From contig OZ316897.1 in assembly GCA_973895155.1 (NCBI GenBank), forward strand, positions 4,248,211 to 4,312,210: a stretch of 64,000 bases of DNA, written 5' to 3'. The stretch is from Marsupella aquatica. Lineage: Eukaryota; Plantae; Marchantiophyta. A program made the position numbers and the translations under genes. Shown one piece after another: positions 14,180 through 28,514 of the stretch; within the stretch, counting starts at the first letter, position 1, and each line of letters begins with the position of its first letter. Below the pieces are notes generated by a model, which was not told where the DNA came from, ran no database searches, and saw only the letters and a program-made list of their open reading frames with translations.

Positions 14180-15500
14180 AGGTTCTAAAGGAAAAAGAGT
14201 AGAGTCCTGGAAATCCTCCTTGCTGAAATATCATTAGTGGTAATCATGTAGTAGTGATCATCTCCAAAAAATGTCATTGGTAGATAATAGTAGTATCAAT
14301 ATCATCAATTTATTATGTCTTGGACACCAACCATTGTAAACTCCAAAGTCCAATCACATGGCAATGTTGTTGATGAATAGTAAGAGTCAACAACTTTGTT
14401 AATATAAGAGATCGGTACGGTTGTCATCACGCGATATCTGTATCACGTTGATCTCTTTTAATTACCATGTAGTTCATGAGTGTAGAAGAACTTTGGTGCT
14501 ACATGTTTCACAAGATCACATTTCATAAATCCTCGTGTGATCTAGGTGAATACAACTTGTGTTATCCTAAAATATATTTATAGGTGTGGTTAGTATGCCA
14601 AAACCGCATTTAACTTGGATATGATTGATGAGTGAACATAACCATGATTATGGCTTCTCGACTAGCTTCATGAAGTGCAAAGATTTTTTAGTGGTTTGAG
14701 ATGTTGCAGCTAAGGTTTGTTTAACACTCAAGTTCCAAGAAAAAGTAGTACCATTGATAAGAAAAACATAACATGTTTGGGATTTAGCAATGTTAGTATC
14801 AAAAATATAACCGGCATCCGCATATCCTATAAAGTCATGATTAACATTACACGGAAAAAATAGTCTTGTATCTATATGTCCACGCAAGTAACGAAATACA
14901 AGTTTTATCCCATTCCAATGTCTGGAAGTAGGACTAGCAATATGATGTGCAAGTGAATTAACCGCAAAAGAAATATCTAGTCGAGTTTAATTTGTTAAAT
15001 ATAATTAATGCCTCAATTTCAAAAAGATCAATACGGGGTCTCCAAACTTAATATGGATTCATTCTCTAACTTTCCTTTTCCCAAAAACATCATTGTTATT
15101 GTCTAACAATCTTACAACCATTGGGGATATATGAGGGTGAGCAAGTTTTATATTTAATTGTTTAAGTATTTTCTTAGTATATGTAGTTTGGTGCAATAAG
15201 ATGTCAACAGACAATATTTCAAGTTATAAATTAATAGTGTTATCGAGATCTTTCATCTCATAAGTGTTATTAAGTACGTGTTTTTATGGTATTCTTGATT
15301 ATTGTTGGAGTACAAAAAATATTTAAATCATCAACATAGATAGCAATGATGACAAAGTCATCACCAGTATGTTTAATGAATAAACATGATGTTATAGCAT
15401 CATGGAATAAACCCATTATAATCATCTTATAAGTAAATTGTTGGTATCATATTCTGCCATTTTGTTTCAGACCATATAAGGTCTTCAACACGTGGATAGC
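14180..15500 (-). mobile_element. Ty1/copia (Bianca-like) RT-RNase H remnant
   Basis: IIAIYVDDLNI, RHWNGIKLVFRYLRG, GYADAGY, AKSQTCYVF and KHVAPKFFYTHEL, with many stops and frameshifts. Confidence 0.8.
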
Positions 15501-17014
15501 TAGTCTGTGGCGAGTATATTGTACAGTAGACATAGTGGTGTCTAAATATGTATTATTCATGTCATTAACTAAATATGATGAATTAATAATGAGTTTTTAT
15601 AAGCAATAATATGTGAAATAGCTCCTTGAACTAAAGCACGTTTGCATGCTTCTAATTTTGCTGATGCATGCATGTATTTAGTGTCCCTTAAAGGTATATT
15701 TTTGCAATATCCATTTGCCTCATTTTCAACTTGTGAAAAATGGCAAAATAAATCAAATATAGGAAAAAGATGCAATCCATTACTGGTGAGTAAGTCTTGC
15801 CATAGTGGAGACTAGGCTATTTTATAAACTCTTTTCAAACTAAATGAGCCTTGTAGCGGACTTCTTGGTGGATTGCAAGATCGAGGGGTCCAAAAGGACG
15901 TAGAAAAAATGTCATTGGTAGAAAAGTAGTGCTCCACCTTAACCTTGTCTCCTTGGCCTTGGTTTTGTACTAGCACACTTTTTCAAGCTTCAACAAAGAT
16001 TACACTCTAGCATGGACTCTTCTCTTGCTCTCATACACTTCAAATGCACTCACACTTAATGGTCACAATAAAAATTGGCAAGTCTTCTTTTATTGCATCA
16101 TCTTTACAATAAAAGTTCACTACACATTCTCCACACTAAGCATGGATCATCTCTCCCTTCTCAAGCTTAGCCCTACCTTGGCAAGGTAGAGATTCTACTT
16201 AAGAGATGAGATTCCACTTAAGAAATAAAAACTATCTCCTTTTATACTATTCTCTTTCCACATCACACCAAGCTTGACTTGGGGTCCAACTATACCTCCC
16301 CCAAATCCTCCTAACACACAAAGTCCAACTTTATGGTTCATAGCCCACCCTACTACTTGTTATTTTGCCTCCTTCCAAGCCCTGGAATATGCCACACATG
16401 ATTTACATGCTTTGACCTCCAAATCTGCTTCCACTTATAGTCCTCCTCACCAGATTTCCAACCCACTTGAAAGCTTGCAAAGAGAGTGAGTGAGTCTCAA
16501 GTTATACCTAGTCAAAGTTGACCTTATTTTATTTGTAACCCTTTTACTACCCTAAGTAAACTACCCCACCCTTGACCAAAGGTAAGTACCCTTCCCTAGA
16601 GCCTAACTAAAGTGGTATGGGTGAGAGAAAGGTCTCTTCAAATTTGGTCTTCATTCGCCTATGTCGGCTCCGGTTTGCAAGCTATCGGGACCCCTCCTGG
16701 CCTTGGCTAAAAACATATTTTGGTGATTTTTTCTCTGGATTTACACCTTCACCAAGGGGTGCCTTACCTTCTCTTAACTCAGCACAAAAATATTTGGGCC
16801 CCAACGGATATCCCTAGCCAAAGTTATGTCCATTCTCCCAAGGCCTATTTTTGGTGTAAAGCGGGTGTAAGCGGCGACCCAATTATACTTACTCTTTACA
16901 CGCCCCTTATGGAGATTCCAGGTGTCACCAGGGCCACGATTCTCATAAGGACCATATTTCTTATCATTTAGGGTTGAGTTTACTAAGGAGATGACCCGTT
17001 TCTTCTCACAGCAG

Positions 17015-17110
17015 GAACATGGATGAAGTAGCAGCATGAATGAAGAAGCACCATGGATGAAATAGCAGCATGAATGAAGGAGCACCATGGATAAAGTAGC
17101 AGCATGGATC
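17015..17110. repeat. Approximately 3 copies of a ~33-bp tandem repeat (GCAGCATGAATGAAGAAGCACCATGGATGAAATA-like)
   Basis: Repeat units are directly visible. Confidence 0.6.
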
Positions 17111-18294
17111 TTGTGTTATTGGTCAGCAGCTTACCATAGTCCTCCATAGTTTGTAGCCAGCAGCTCAATTCTTAGCTCTTCTGGTCAATTTTGCAGCTAT
17201 CCATAGCTTTTTCAATTCATAGCTCATAGATTGATTTGAGAGGCAAAAATTCTTCTAATTGTTGTATAGATCTTGAATTCTATAGTTGCACCCTCAATTA
17301 GCAAGCTGTCTATAGCAGCAGCCACATCCCATCAATTCATAGCTAGCTCTCTATCTTCCTTGCAGTCGGTCCTCCTGATTTGCTACTACATTCAATCAAT
17401 TCACTAGTAACCTGGGTCTATTCTCCAACAGCCAGTCATTCAATTTTGTAGCCCATCATGTTCACAGCCAGCCATCCATCTCCTGATCAACAGCAACCCA
17501 TTTTCTCCATAACAAGCAGCTTGATTCTAGTCAACAGCATCAAGGCAGCCAAGTCAATTCAAGCGGACCTTCCTTCAATTCACTACTGGTCTATGACCTT
17601 TATAGCATCTCGTGTCCTAATCAACCAGCCAATATTGTAGCCCACCCATAGCTTCAATTTTCCACTCAGCTATGAAGCATCACATGCTTATTGCTTGTCT
17701 CGTCGTCATTTTGTAGTAGTTGCGTCGACCGTCTTAGAAAAAATATCATTTTTTTTGGAAAAAATAATATTTCCAGGCCATTTTGGACAGCCCCTAAAAT
17801 TCACACATGAGTCCAAAATAATTTATGAGTAGATTTATAGATTCTCTAGACATAGGCTATGTCGTGGTTTACTAATATCTACAAAAAACCTTATAAACTA
17901 TTTTCTAAAATTAGGTAAAGAGGGTTAATTCTTATGTTTTCCAAAAGAAATGATTGCACCTTTAAGTTGTATATTGATAGTGAGACTCAAAACAAAAACA
18001 AAGTTTAAATCTTTAAATGTATTAAAATATAATATATGAGTTCTACCAATTTTTGTACTATTATTCATGTTGGATGACTAATCATACCCTAAACTCTAAA
18101 TCATATGCTAAATCCCAAATTTCAAAATAATCATATATTGTTTATCATATCATTTATCAATTTTGGTTATTCAAATGACTACTAACATTAATAAACACGA
18201 ATATTTATATATTTATTTTATTAATCATTAACTGCCATCATTGTTTGAAATGACTTTTCAAATATAAACCACTAATATAACAAATTTGAAATTG

Positions 18295-19040
18295 ATAAGT
18301 CTGATGGGTCCTGCACCCTTTGCTCGGAAATAGTTGAAACTATCCCTCATCTTTTCTTTCAGTGCAGGTTTGCACGTTGCTATTAGAGAATTACTTGGGG
18401 ATGGATGAACGGGCAGATCATTGGCCCCGATTTGAGCTTACTTGAGTTAATACGGTCTTGCAAAGGGAAAAATCCCCTGAACACATTGTGTTTTGTTATG
18501 ATTTATGAGGTTTTATTGAGCATCTGGCTAGCTAGGAATGGACAGACTTTTAACTTGGCAAAGAAATGAGTTTTTGATCAGGTTTCGATCTTCTCTGCTG
18601 CACTAGACTTTCTGGCTGCTGGTGCGGCGGCCTCAAAATCCAGTAGGAAACACTTGCGCCTTGTTTGTGCAACTGCCCTGCTGGAAGGATAACGGAGTAA
18701 GATATTGAGAGATATTAGAGGCATAGTATCTTTCTAAGAAGGAACCGGTTGCTGATTATGTAGTGAGAACTAGTTGAGTCCCTACCTGTTGGACATTTTT
18801 TGGCTCCTTGAAAAACTGGGCCCTTTTGTTTCCCCGTTACATCATATAGTGTCAATGTTAGATTTAGGATACCAGAAGGTGTTTGATAGAGACTGGGGTT
18901 TTAGACCTAGGTACTAAGTTTTTGGCATGGCTGCTACGCCACATGTTTTCTGCTTTGCCCTTTTAGGGCTTTTTTTTGCCTTTGGGTCTGCTTGGTTCCC
19001 CCATCCGTGGGGTTCATGCGGAATAAATAAAATTTAAAAA
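18295..19040 (+). mobile_element. 5'-truncated L1-like LINE (zinc-binding C-terminus, 3' UTR, A-rich tail)
   Basis: DGSCTLCSEIVETIPHLFFQC (CCHC, zf-RVT) and SIWLARNGQTF; ends AATAAATAAAATTTAAAAA. Confidence 0.8.
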
Positions 19041-19639
19041 TATATATATGTATAATAAAGTTTTTTTGATGGAGACTATACAAAATGATTGTAACTCACC
19101 AATGTTGTCATTATAGCAGTCAAAGTCATTTAGCTCAATACTTTAAATGATATTATTACAATTATTAGTCATTTTTTACTCTATTGTTTTATATAGTCAT
19201 TTAAGTGTCATTTATATCATGTTATTAAAATATTTTGTCATTTGGGTGCAAGTTATATGTATCATAATCATAAAAATTCTATTTTTACTAGTTTCTTCGT
19301 TGTTTGATATCAGATTATTCACCCTTGTGTTTCAACATTTAACCATTTTTCTAGTCTGATTCTTCACCTAAGCTCTCCATTTCTTAAAAAATGGATAAAA
19401 TATAAGATTTACGCGTCATAAAATAAATCCATGAAAATGTTGAGTAATCATCAATAAAAGATACATAATACAACTTTCTACAGTGCAAAAGAGTTAGGGA
19501 TGATACCCACACGTTCCTATGTCTGTATTCAAAAATTATTTTAGAATGGTGAGTTTCAACATAAAAAACATAATGATATTATTTTTAAAGAATCTAATAT
19601 TCACAAAAATTTAATTTACAAGATTACAAATCAAAAATG

Positions 19640-20290
19640 ATTTTTTTTTGTAAGATAGTCAAACTTTTCTTATTGATATGGCCTAGTCGTGAATGCCTCA
19701 ATTGAATCATCGTTTTATGAGACTTGGTTATATTGGTTTTTTCACATACCATATTGCCTTACAATATTATTTTGTTTACTCTCATTCAAAATCATTATCT
19801 CTCCCGACATGACTTGAAGTTTATCATCAATAACACATCATTGATAACCATTTGAATCTCACACATCAAGAGAAATCAAATTCTGACGCATGTCAGGTAC
19901 ATATATGAGTTCAAAAACTATGTTCATAGCATCATAGAAATCAACTTTTTCATCAGCCCTAGTCATATTGGTTGATGAAGACTTAGTTGTCTTGCGCTTA
20001 CAATCTTATTTGAAATTATCAACCTTGTTACACTTCTGGCATATCACTTGCCTTTTATCCGGGGATTTTTCCCTTGACTTAGATCTAGATTTAGATCAAA
20101 AGGGCACTATGCTCTCAAGTTGGTCGCTGCAAAATCATCTCATAATTAATATTGAAGGCAACATCAATTGACAATAAAGATTGTGACAATATTTGCATCT
20201 TTTGTTGAAGATCATTAATAAGCAGAGAACTTATTACCTCATTTTCGAGATGGTATTCTTATCACGACTGGTAAAATATAAGAAAAATAT
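19640..20290 (-). mobile_element. Highly decayed copia gag/protease remnant
   Basis: Zinc-knuckle-like CQKCNKVDNFK*DC and YVPDMRQNLISLD, a copia protease-adjacent motif. Confidence 0.5.
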
Positions 20291-21707
20291 ATATTTGAGA
20301 TAGAGATACCGATACAAGAAACAATAGTGATCACACGAAGTCAATGGGGCGCATCAAACACTGTGTCAATTTCTAAGAAGATGAGAGTAGATAAAATAAT
20401 ATTGCTAAACGAGATTATAGGGCCAATCATAAAGTTTCATAATAATAAGTTGTCAAAACCGGAAGCAACAACAAGAAGATAAATTTTGATGTTGGAGAAT
20501 TGACTATAAGAAATAAAAGCAAAGATTACAAATAAAAAATAAACAAAATCAGTAAAACAAAAGAAAGTGGAGGGACAAGAAAAACAACAATAACAAATAG
20601 ATAAATTGGTGAGAAAATTAGCCAAAATGGTAGGAAAACATTCAATTAAAATAAGTAATTTGATTAAGACATTGTAGATGTTGGAGACTGTGCAACAAAA
20701 GATGAATAAATAAATAAAATTGTAAGTAATATTGTAAGAAGAAAACCCAAAGTAATGAGACATGAAAAAACTCACCTTTGCTTGGTTGTTTATATTCAAG
20801 TGCATTTCATTTGGGCTACAGAATGCACCAAGTGAATGCAGACAAATGATTGAAAGATGTATAATAATCATTGTGGAAGAAAAATTAAAACTAAGGAATC
20901 TACCACAACAGATTTAGAAATACTCTTTAAAAAAATATTAGTTAACGGTTCCAAATGAAACTTAACCTTTAATCCAGGTGAGATGCGAACTTGCGATCAG
21001 TGAAAATTGGACCAACATCTTGAGTAATTGCACAAGTCAACTTTATCTGATTGTCAAAAAGGTTGGATATCAAGCCAAATGTGCATAAAAAATAAATCAA
21101 ATTGAGACGATATAATATTTAATCGATAAACAAAATAGCATTAATGAAGTTTGAAAGTATGTTGGATGGTTAACCAAAAGATTTGGCTAATAGTCAACTC
21201 CAATATTTCATATTTTTGGCAACCATATTGAGGAATGTTGATTAAGGGTTCTTCGATTGAGAAAGCTACTAATGCTTATAACCCAAACCTGAATCAAGAA
21301 ATGAGAAGAAAATTATAATATAATATAATAATGGAATCAAGAACTGAATATTGAACGTTATTTTTATTTAACGAGGATAAAAAACTATTGGTGATAAACA
21401 CCTTAAAAATAAATGAGAATACAATGCACTGATTAGAGAAAAGATAAAAACAAAAAGAGATAATTAAAGTGATATTACTAATTCACAACTCCCCTATGTA
21501 TACAAAGTTGACTATTAAGGAATTACAAAGAGAAAATTGAAAATAAGTACGACAAGCAAAATACAAGAAATGATCAGGAGGGAACCAATTTGTTTGTGGT
21601 CAACATAACGATAAACAATTCAAGGAAGGCATCGTGTGTGGCAGTGAGATCACCCAGCGAAAGTAAGGATTTGGGGAAAATCTTGATCGTATGCATATGG
21701 TAGACGT

Positions 21708-22457
21708 TGTCGCGAGGACTAGAAGTTGGGGGCTCCTCAGGTAACCTGCGCATTTCTGGCTACGACTGGGACAAGCGACAAGCACTTTTCGGAGTGAACT
21801 CTCACTCCTTTTTTCTACTTTTCTCTCAATGGTTACAATGGGTGCCCTCGAGTAAGCTTGCCTGCAAGAGTCTGATAGCTGGCCCTACGGCGGGCCGCTA
21901 CCTCTAACTTGTCGAGCTGAACTCCTCGAGTGGCTATCTACTCAAAATCTGACAGAAAAACTCTCCTCCTTAGCTCACAAAAGCAAAACTTGACTAGCTA
22001 CTCGACTAGTCCTAACAGCTCACAAGAAACTCAAGCCTGGACCAACAAGGCTCCAAGCTCGAGAACCAACACCGGATCCAACACTCGCACAAAATACCAA
22101 AATCGCCGCACAATAGTTGAATTCCGTAGAACGCAATGGAACTCATAGAACGGAACACACTAGAACTCAATAGACAATCACCAACCTCAATGAGCCAAGG
22201 CTCAAGTCTTAAATAGTATCCAAAAACCAACCTTCTAGCCTGAGCCAACTGCCATCAGCGAGGCTCATCCAAACTCCAAGCCTGGTGACTCACCCAAACA
22301 CCGAACCTGGTGACGACGAGTCACCCAAACATCAAACCTCAATCCATCCAACCAAGCAACCCCTCCGAGTTAGCATGCATGCAATTGAACAAGGACGCTG
22401 CATTGCCCATCATCCCCTATAAAAGCCAATCCTCGAGCCAAAATCTTTGGCACGACA
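21708..22457 (-). repeat. 3' LTR of Ty3/gypsy element 1
   Basis: TGTCGCG...CACGACA inverted ends. The minus-strand PPT GGGGGAGGA (22458-22466) abuts the LTR. Confidence 0.85.
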
Positions 22458-25400
22458 TCCTCCCCCAATAAACCTGAGCAGCCTCCGGTCTGCTCCAATC
22501 CATCAGATTTCCTCTAAGTCTCAGTCTGAACTTGAGCCATGTGCCTGGACCACTTCCTCCTCAAGAAACTCAAAACCAAAGCCTTCAGACTCAGCCTTAG
22601 GCACTCCACTTTCCAAAAACTCAAAATCCAACTCATCCGAATCAGAACCAGTCAAGACCCTTTCGAAACTCAAGTCCATCGGATGCGCCTAGACCAATGC
22701 CTCGTCTTCAAATTCACTCAAGTCGAAACTTGAGTCCATTCCCTTCTTGATCCTCCTCTTGAAGATCTTCACCCTCTTCCCTGCGTAAGGTACTTGGTGA
22801 ACCGTTCCATCCAACTCCCGAATAGTATAGGTTGCATTTGCATGAACATCAACCACCACATACGGACCTTGCCACCTCCGAGAAAACTTGTTTCGGCTCA
22901 AGTGTTGCTCGTCCAACTTACTCTTGTAATCAGAACCCAATCCCCTTCCTTAACCAAGACAGGCCTCAACCGATGAATCCTGTCAAACCTGCCCTTGTTC
23001 CTTAACCTCGCCATCTTCAGTTGCTTCCAAGCCACCTCAATATTTGCAGGTAACAAGTTGAAGTGTTCGATCCTTCAAACCAGCAACCCCTCTCTCGAAA
23101 CTTCATCTTTCCAACCAATCAGTCGCCAGCTACAAACATCTTCCTCCAATGCCATCATCGGCAAGTGCCCAGTAAGTAGCTCAGCCAAAACGTATCCGGT
23201 CACTGAGCTACAAGTCATCCAATTTGCTAACAGAGCAAGTGGAAGAAGACTCAACAACTTGCCCAAGTCCCCATCACAAGCCCTAGCCAAAGCGCTCACA
23301 ATCTGAATATGCCCCCTTTCGGATTTCCCATTGCCTTCCGGATTGTAACGCGAAGTCGGCTTCAGTTTGATATGGTATTGGTAAAAAAACTCTTGCGCTT
23401 CTTTGGAGCTGAGCTCCCCCCTATCAGCCCTGATCCTTGTAAAGCATCCATGCCTTGCAATGATGTCCTCAAGTATAAGCCGGCAAATGGCAGCAGTAGT
23501 GTTCGAAGCCAATGCTCTCCCTTCCACATAAGAAGACAAGTCTTCTCTTGCCAAAACCAAGTACCTCGCCCCATTGCTCTCTCTCGGCATGTACATCACA
23601 TCAACAGCCCATTAAAAGTGTAGAGCCACGGGGTAAGTCAGAACCAATCCATCCCTATGTTGGATCCTCGAGTAAAACTGGCAAATCTCGCAAGTCTCGA
23701 CATAGTCTCGAACGGCCAAGTATAAACCTGGCCACCAGTACAGCTTCCGAACCCTCTCATAAGTCAAATGCACCCCTTTGTGCCCAGCCATGTCAGCATC
23801 ATGGCACTCTTTGAGAATTCAATCTTTCTCATCCTTAGTATCCACAACCCTCTGTAACAATTGACTTGGGTCCTTATGCCTTCGCCACAAGTAGCCCTCC
23901 CTCAATAGGAAATTGTAAGATCTCTTCTGGATCTTGACAAACTCTTGGTACCTCCACTCTAGTTGCTTCTCCAAAGTGCTAATGTAACGCCCGATATCCA
24001 GCAACTCTCCCGAGTAGAGTTCTTCCTTGAACTCTAGACTTCCAACGCTTTCGGTTCCGGTCACCTCGCCAACTCTCGTCGCTACCTGGTTTCCAAATTT
24101 TGCCCTTGACAGCATGTCGGCAACCGGATTATCCTTTCCCGCAATGTGACTTAGCTCAGGGTTGAACATCCGAATGAAAGCGATCCACCTGAGCATTGCT
24201 ATGTTAGGCATGTCACAATTCGCGATCATTCCCAGCAGCGATTGGCAATCAGTCTTAACCACCACCGGCGCCCAATCATATAGTTCCTCCCCTGATGGAG
24301 TGCCACTTTGGCACCCAAAGCTCCCTCTTAACTTGGGCATATCTCCTTTGCCTTTCCGTAAAAAAATTTGCCTCAAATCTGATAGCATACCTTTCCCCAT
24401 TCTCGTCATCTTGCCCAACAGCCCACCTGGCTGCGAATGGACTCGCATCAACAGTCATGATCAGTGGTCACCCACTCTCATAGTCCGCAGCTTGGAGAAC
24501 TGACGGGCTCATGAGAGTGCTCTTAAGCTTGGCCATTGCTTCACTATGCTCGGGTAATCATCTCCACTTAACCTTCTTTCTCAATAGCTCATAAAGCGGG
24601 TCCGCCAGGTGCGAGAAGTGAGGGATCCAGATCTTGTAAAAGACACAAGCACCCAAAAACCTCCAAACTTTTGGCACCGATTCACAATCCTTCATCTCGC
24701 TAATAGCTCTCACCTTGTCCATGTTCGGCTTCCTTCCATAAGATTTGCACATTTGCCCAACGACTTTCACCTCTTTCATCCCAAATTCAGACTTCGCCCC
24801 CAAAAGAGTGACTCCCACATCAATCAGCTTCTTGAGAACCGCCTTAACATCAGTAATGTGATCCCACACAAACTGTCGGATCTCATCACTCCTCAAAGTC
24901 TCATCCTTCCCTTCAGCCAAGCAACCCTTAATCGGGACATCATCAATGAACGGCCTCGCCTTTTTCGGAATGAACGGCTCCAAGATTTTACTCATTGTAT
25001 TTTGCATGTGCGCTACCAAGTTTGTCGCCCCTTGAGAAAGAGTGCACATCCTCAAGAGGCCCATCGGGGTCCTCATAGTCGTAATGTCTCGGCTCTCTTG
25101 TGCCAACTAGAACTGGTCGTAACCCAAAAACAAATCACCCATGGAATAGATCACCCTCCCAACGAACTCCTCCGCAAACTCATCCACGAGTCCCACATTC
25201 CTAATGGTCACCTTATTCGGAGGTTGCATATCCTGAATGAACCTCAAATTTCCATTTTCTTCCTCACTATAAACCATCTGTTTGGGTAGGGAGTATCAGA
25301 CCTCTCAAAAATCCTAGCACTCAGTTTCTCCTTAAGTAGTTCCACAAGCTTTGGAGCCAAAGCCCACGGAACGGAAATCGGTTTCAGATCCCACAAAATA

Positions 25401-26289
25401 TGAGGGACAGTAAAGATGACCATCGGTGTCACCTTACTCGGATCCGCACAACCAATTGCCTCAATCAAAAACAAGAATGCCTTACCATGCTCCATTATCA
25501 TTTTCCGAAATGCTACTTGCTCCACCTCCGTAAGTAACCCATCCGAACCAATCTTAAGCTTTGCCAAACTCTCTGGAGTAAATTTATGCCCTATCCGATC
25601 AGTTGGCCTCAGCCTCGGTTCCAATCTCGCTCGATCCATAACCTCTATCGCATCATCCGGCAAAGGTATCACCGTCGACCTCACCTTCTTGTCGACCGTC
25701 TTGTATTTGGTACTCGAGTATAAAAGCACAATCATAGACGAGTACTGCCTTTCCAATTCTTCCTCCAGCTTGTCCCTTCCCAAGTTAGACTCCGCACATT
25801 TGAGTGGCTCATCCTCTCCATTATCCATCGTATTTTCCCTTTCACAAGGAGCTAAGGAACGAGCACTCCACCGGTCCACTCTTTTCAGCAAAGTGCCATG
25901 TTGTTTTCCAGGACCTGGACCAGAGTCGGCACTCTCAATCCTCAACCCCTTTCTATTCCTCTCGTTCCCAGGTAAAATAGCCGGAAATTGAACCACTTCT
26001 TTCCCATCTTTGCTTCAAACCTTCACCATGAAGGTAGTATCGTCCAGAACCTTCGCCTCCATCCTCCATTCAATAATGAACGACATGCCCAATATCACCG
26101 GAAATGACAAGTGCTCGTGAACAAAAATGTTACAAGCCTGCTGACATTCTCGAACTTCACCGTCACATTTGGACATCTGCCCCAAAGATAGTCCTTCATC
26201 AAACTCACCGAGTTCACACTCCAAAGCAACTCATTGTCCACCGGCCAATTCCCCTTTTGAAACACCTTTGGATCCATCAAGTTGACTTT
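21708..26289 (-). mobile_element. 5'-truncated, degenerate Ty3/gypsy LTR retrotransposon (protease-RT-RNase H-integrase-LTR)
   Basis: Protease tail (NLMDP..FPVILGMSF), RT (RPFIDDVPIKG), RNase H (TVDASP, KTDCQSL, DNPVADMLSR), integrase (LAREDLSSYVEG, RADRGE, NGKSERGH) and WQGPY. The gag and 5' LTR are missing. Confidence 0.9.
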
Positions 26290-28137
26290 GTAGCCAAGCT
26301 GTGTTGTGACAACTTTGGATACTTTAGACCACGAGTCTGAAAATGTACTAGCTCCTCATTAGGCAACCCATGCATGTCGGCAATTTTATGGACTAAGACC
26401 TCCTTCTTGAGGGTTGAGTATCCTCTCACTCCCTGTGCTTTCAACCAATCTTGCAACCTCTTAGTAGTAATTGCTTGGAGCTAGGAACGAGACATGGCAA
26501 CATCGATGTCAATAGTAACAGTGTATATGACACTCAACATCTTATCCACAAACTTTTTGACCAGGTTCTTTGCCTTATGTCACAAGTCTTTTTGGTTCCT
26601 AATCCCCATATCCTTCACAATATTATTGATAGTGGCTTTATCATCATGAATGACCTCGATGATAGATATCCCTACCTCTCTCAAGCTATCTAATGCCTTT
26701 TTGGTACCCCTGTCCTCCATATACCAGGCATTTCCCTCCTCCCTCCTCAGAATTGTGACCATGTCAATTACTCTGTTATTCTCAATGTTGAAAATAGATG
26801 TGGTACCATGAAAACCGCTCCTAGATGAATCCCATCGGGTATCTAAATAAACTACTAATCCAGGATCTGTCATAAACCAAAGAAAGTAGACAATGTAAGG
26901 AACATCAACCTGGTCAAGCCAAAAGTCATTGAGCCTCAAGTACCATAACAAAACTCATCACTAACCTGTCTCAGTCGTCCACCTCCGATCAATTAATGTT
27001 GTCTTTCAACTCCTCCCACATGCGTCTTTTACTTTGAACCCACTCTTTTTTGACAACTGCTATCCATCCACCTCGTGGTCGCCCATGGCCACTTTGAAAG
27101 TCATGCCAATGAGCCGCTGTAGGGACATGTAATCCTAGATGTGAGGCAACAATAGCCAAGAAGGTGTAAGTAAGACCAGAGCAAAGGGTGGAATGGTACA
27201 ACCTAGGTGTAATCATAGGAGAACTCCTCCCAGGCCATGTATATGCCACCGAGGGAGTAGCCGATCAACAAATATACCCAACAACTCACGATCAAAGAAC
27301 AATACTCTAGCTGGCATACGGGATGTTGCTCTATGAGTAGACTGTGGGTCCAAAGGTCCTATAGACTGAGAGTCAAGAATATTAGATGGCCCAGTTCTGG
27401 CCAATGGAGATGGTGTTGGGTTTGCCTCTTGCAATGGTCCGGTAGGCTGGGAGTCTGGCACATTGAATGCCTCCTGACAGAAGAACCCCACAAATGCATG
27501 TTAGACATTGTGTAATTTGTAGTCCAAGTCAATTTGGCATTAAGACGCAAGAGTCATACCCCCGTTTCCTCATCCACAATGTCATTTGCTCCCAAAGCTG
27601 TAAGAGCATCTGTGTCGTGACATATAGTATCATAGCCATAGTGTATCAAAAACATACAAGGCACCGACAATGCACATATGCAAGCTGCTAGCAACCAACA
27701 TGCATAGAAAAAATCCCATCACATTTACAAGTGCCAAGAAAAAGCAAATGAAGTGGTATGTACATAGTGGAGGTGTAAACCTCTGTATATAAAAGGCGTA
27801 AAAGAAAAAATTGTACTAAAATCAAATCAAAACCCGACGGGATGCCAAGATCGGCCAAGAGCATCTAACGAATCACTGTGTGAATCCCGTGTACAGAACT
27901 GACGAGCACTGTTTGAGCTCTGTCAATAGCGATTCAAGAAGAACTGAAAAAACAAAGAAAGACATGCCCTAAGCAAGCAAAGTCCTGGCGTCACACTAAC
28001 AAGCGCATTTTCTTCAAGAACATCTAGAATTTGCTATAAGAACATGTTGTTAACTCAACTAGTACACTAGCCTCAACTACATACCTAGCGGGCATGCGAG
28101 GGACATGTCGATGTGCACAAGAGGCACTGTCCCTTAG

Positions 28138-28496
28138 GAGGTATTTACAAACGACAGCAAACAACAAACAGTAACAGCAAACAGAAACCGGTAACAGGAA
28201 ACAGAAACTGTTAACAAACAAATGAGTGGTAATTTTTTTAGAAATTTTTAGAAATTTTTTTTGGATTTTTTTTTTTGCTGAAATTGTTTTTTGCCAACGC
28301 CCGGCGCTGGTAATGCTAGCGCCCAAAGCTAGCCAAAAATTGTTTTTATTTAATTTTTTTTGGAAAATGTGACTTTTTTGAAAATATTTTTTGATTGTCA
28401 TTTTTCTTGGTAATAGTAACTTTTTGCTTGTAACAAGAAAATTTTTGCTGGTACCAGGAAACCTGTTTCCTATTTTCTGTCACGGGTGCCATACCC
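28138..28496. mobile_element. Small non-autonomous insertion (MULE-like MITE) inside repeat A2
   Basis: Absent from A1. Flanked by GTCCCTTAG / GTCCCTTGG, with imperfect inverted ends (GAGGTAT..GACAG..AAACAG vs GGGTAT..GACAG..AAACAG). Confidence 0.6.
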
Positions 28497-28514
28497 GTCC
28501 CTTGGCATGACAAC

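Noticed and set aside
24609-25991. Long plus-strand ORFs (226 aa and 191 aa)
   Set aside because: They are antisense shadows of gypsy pol with no recognisable motifs.
27613-28512. Solo LTR next to a separate element
   Set aside because: It has no TSD of its own. It is joined by 2 bp to B1, and the single TCTG TSD encloses the whole 27613-38201 unit. A tandem co-insertion cannot be fully excluded without other copies.
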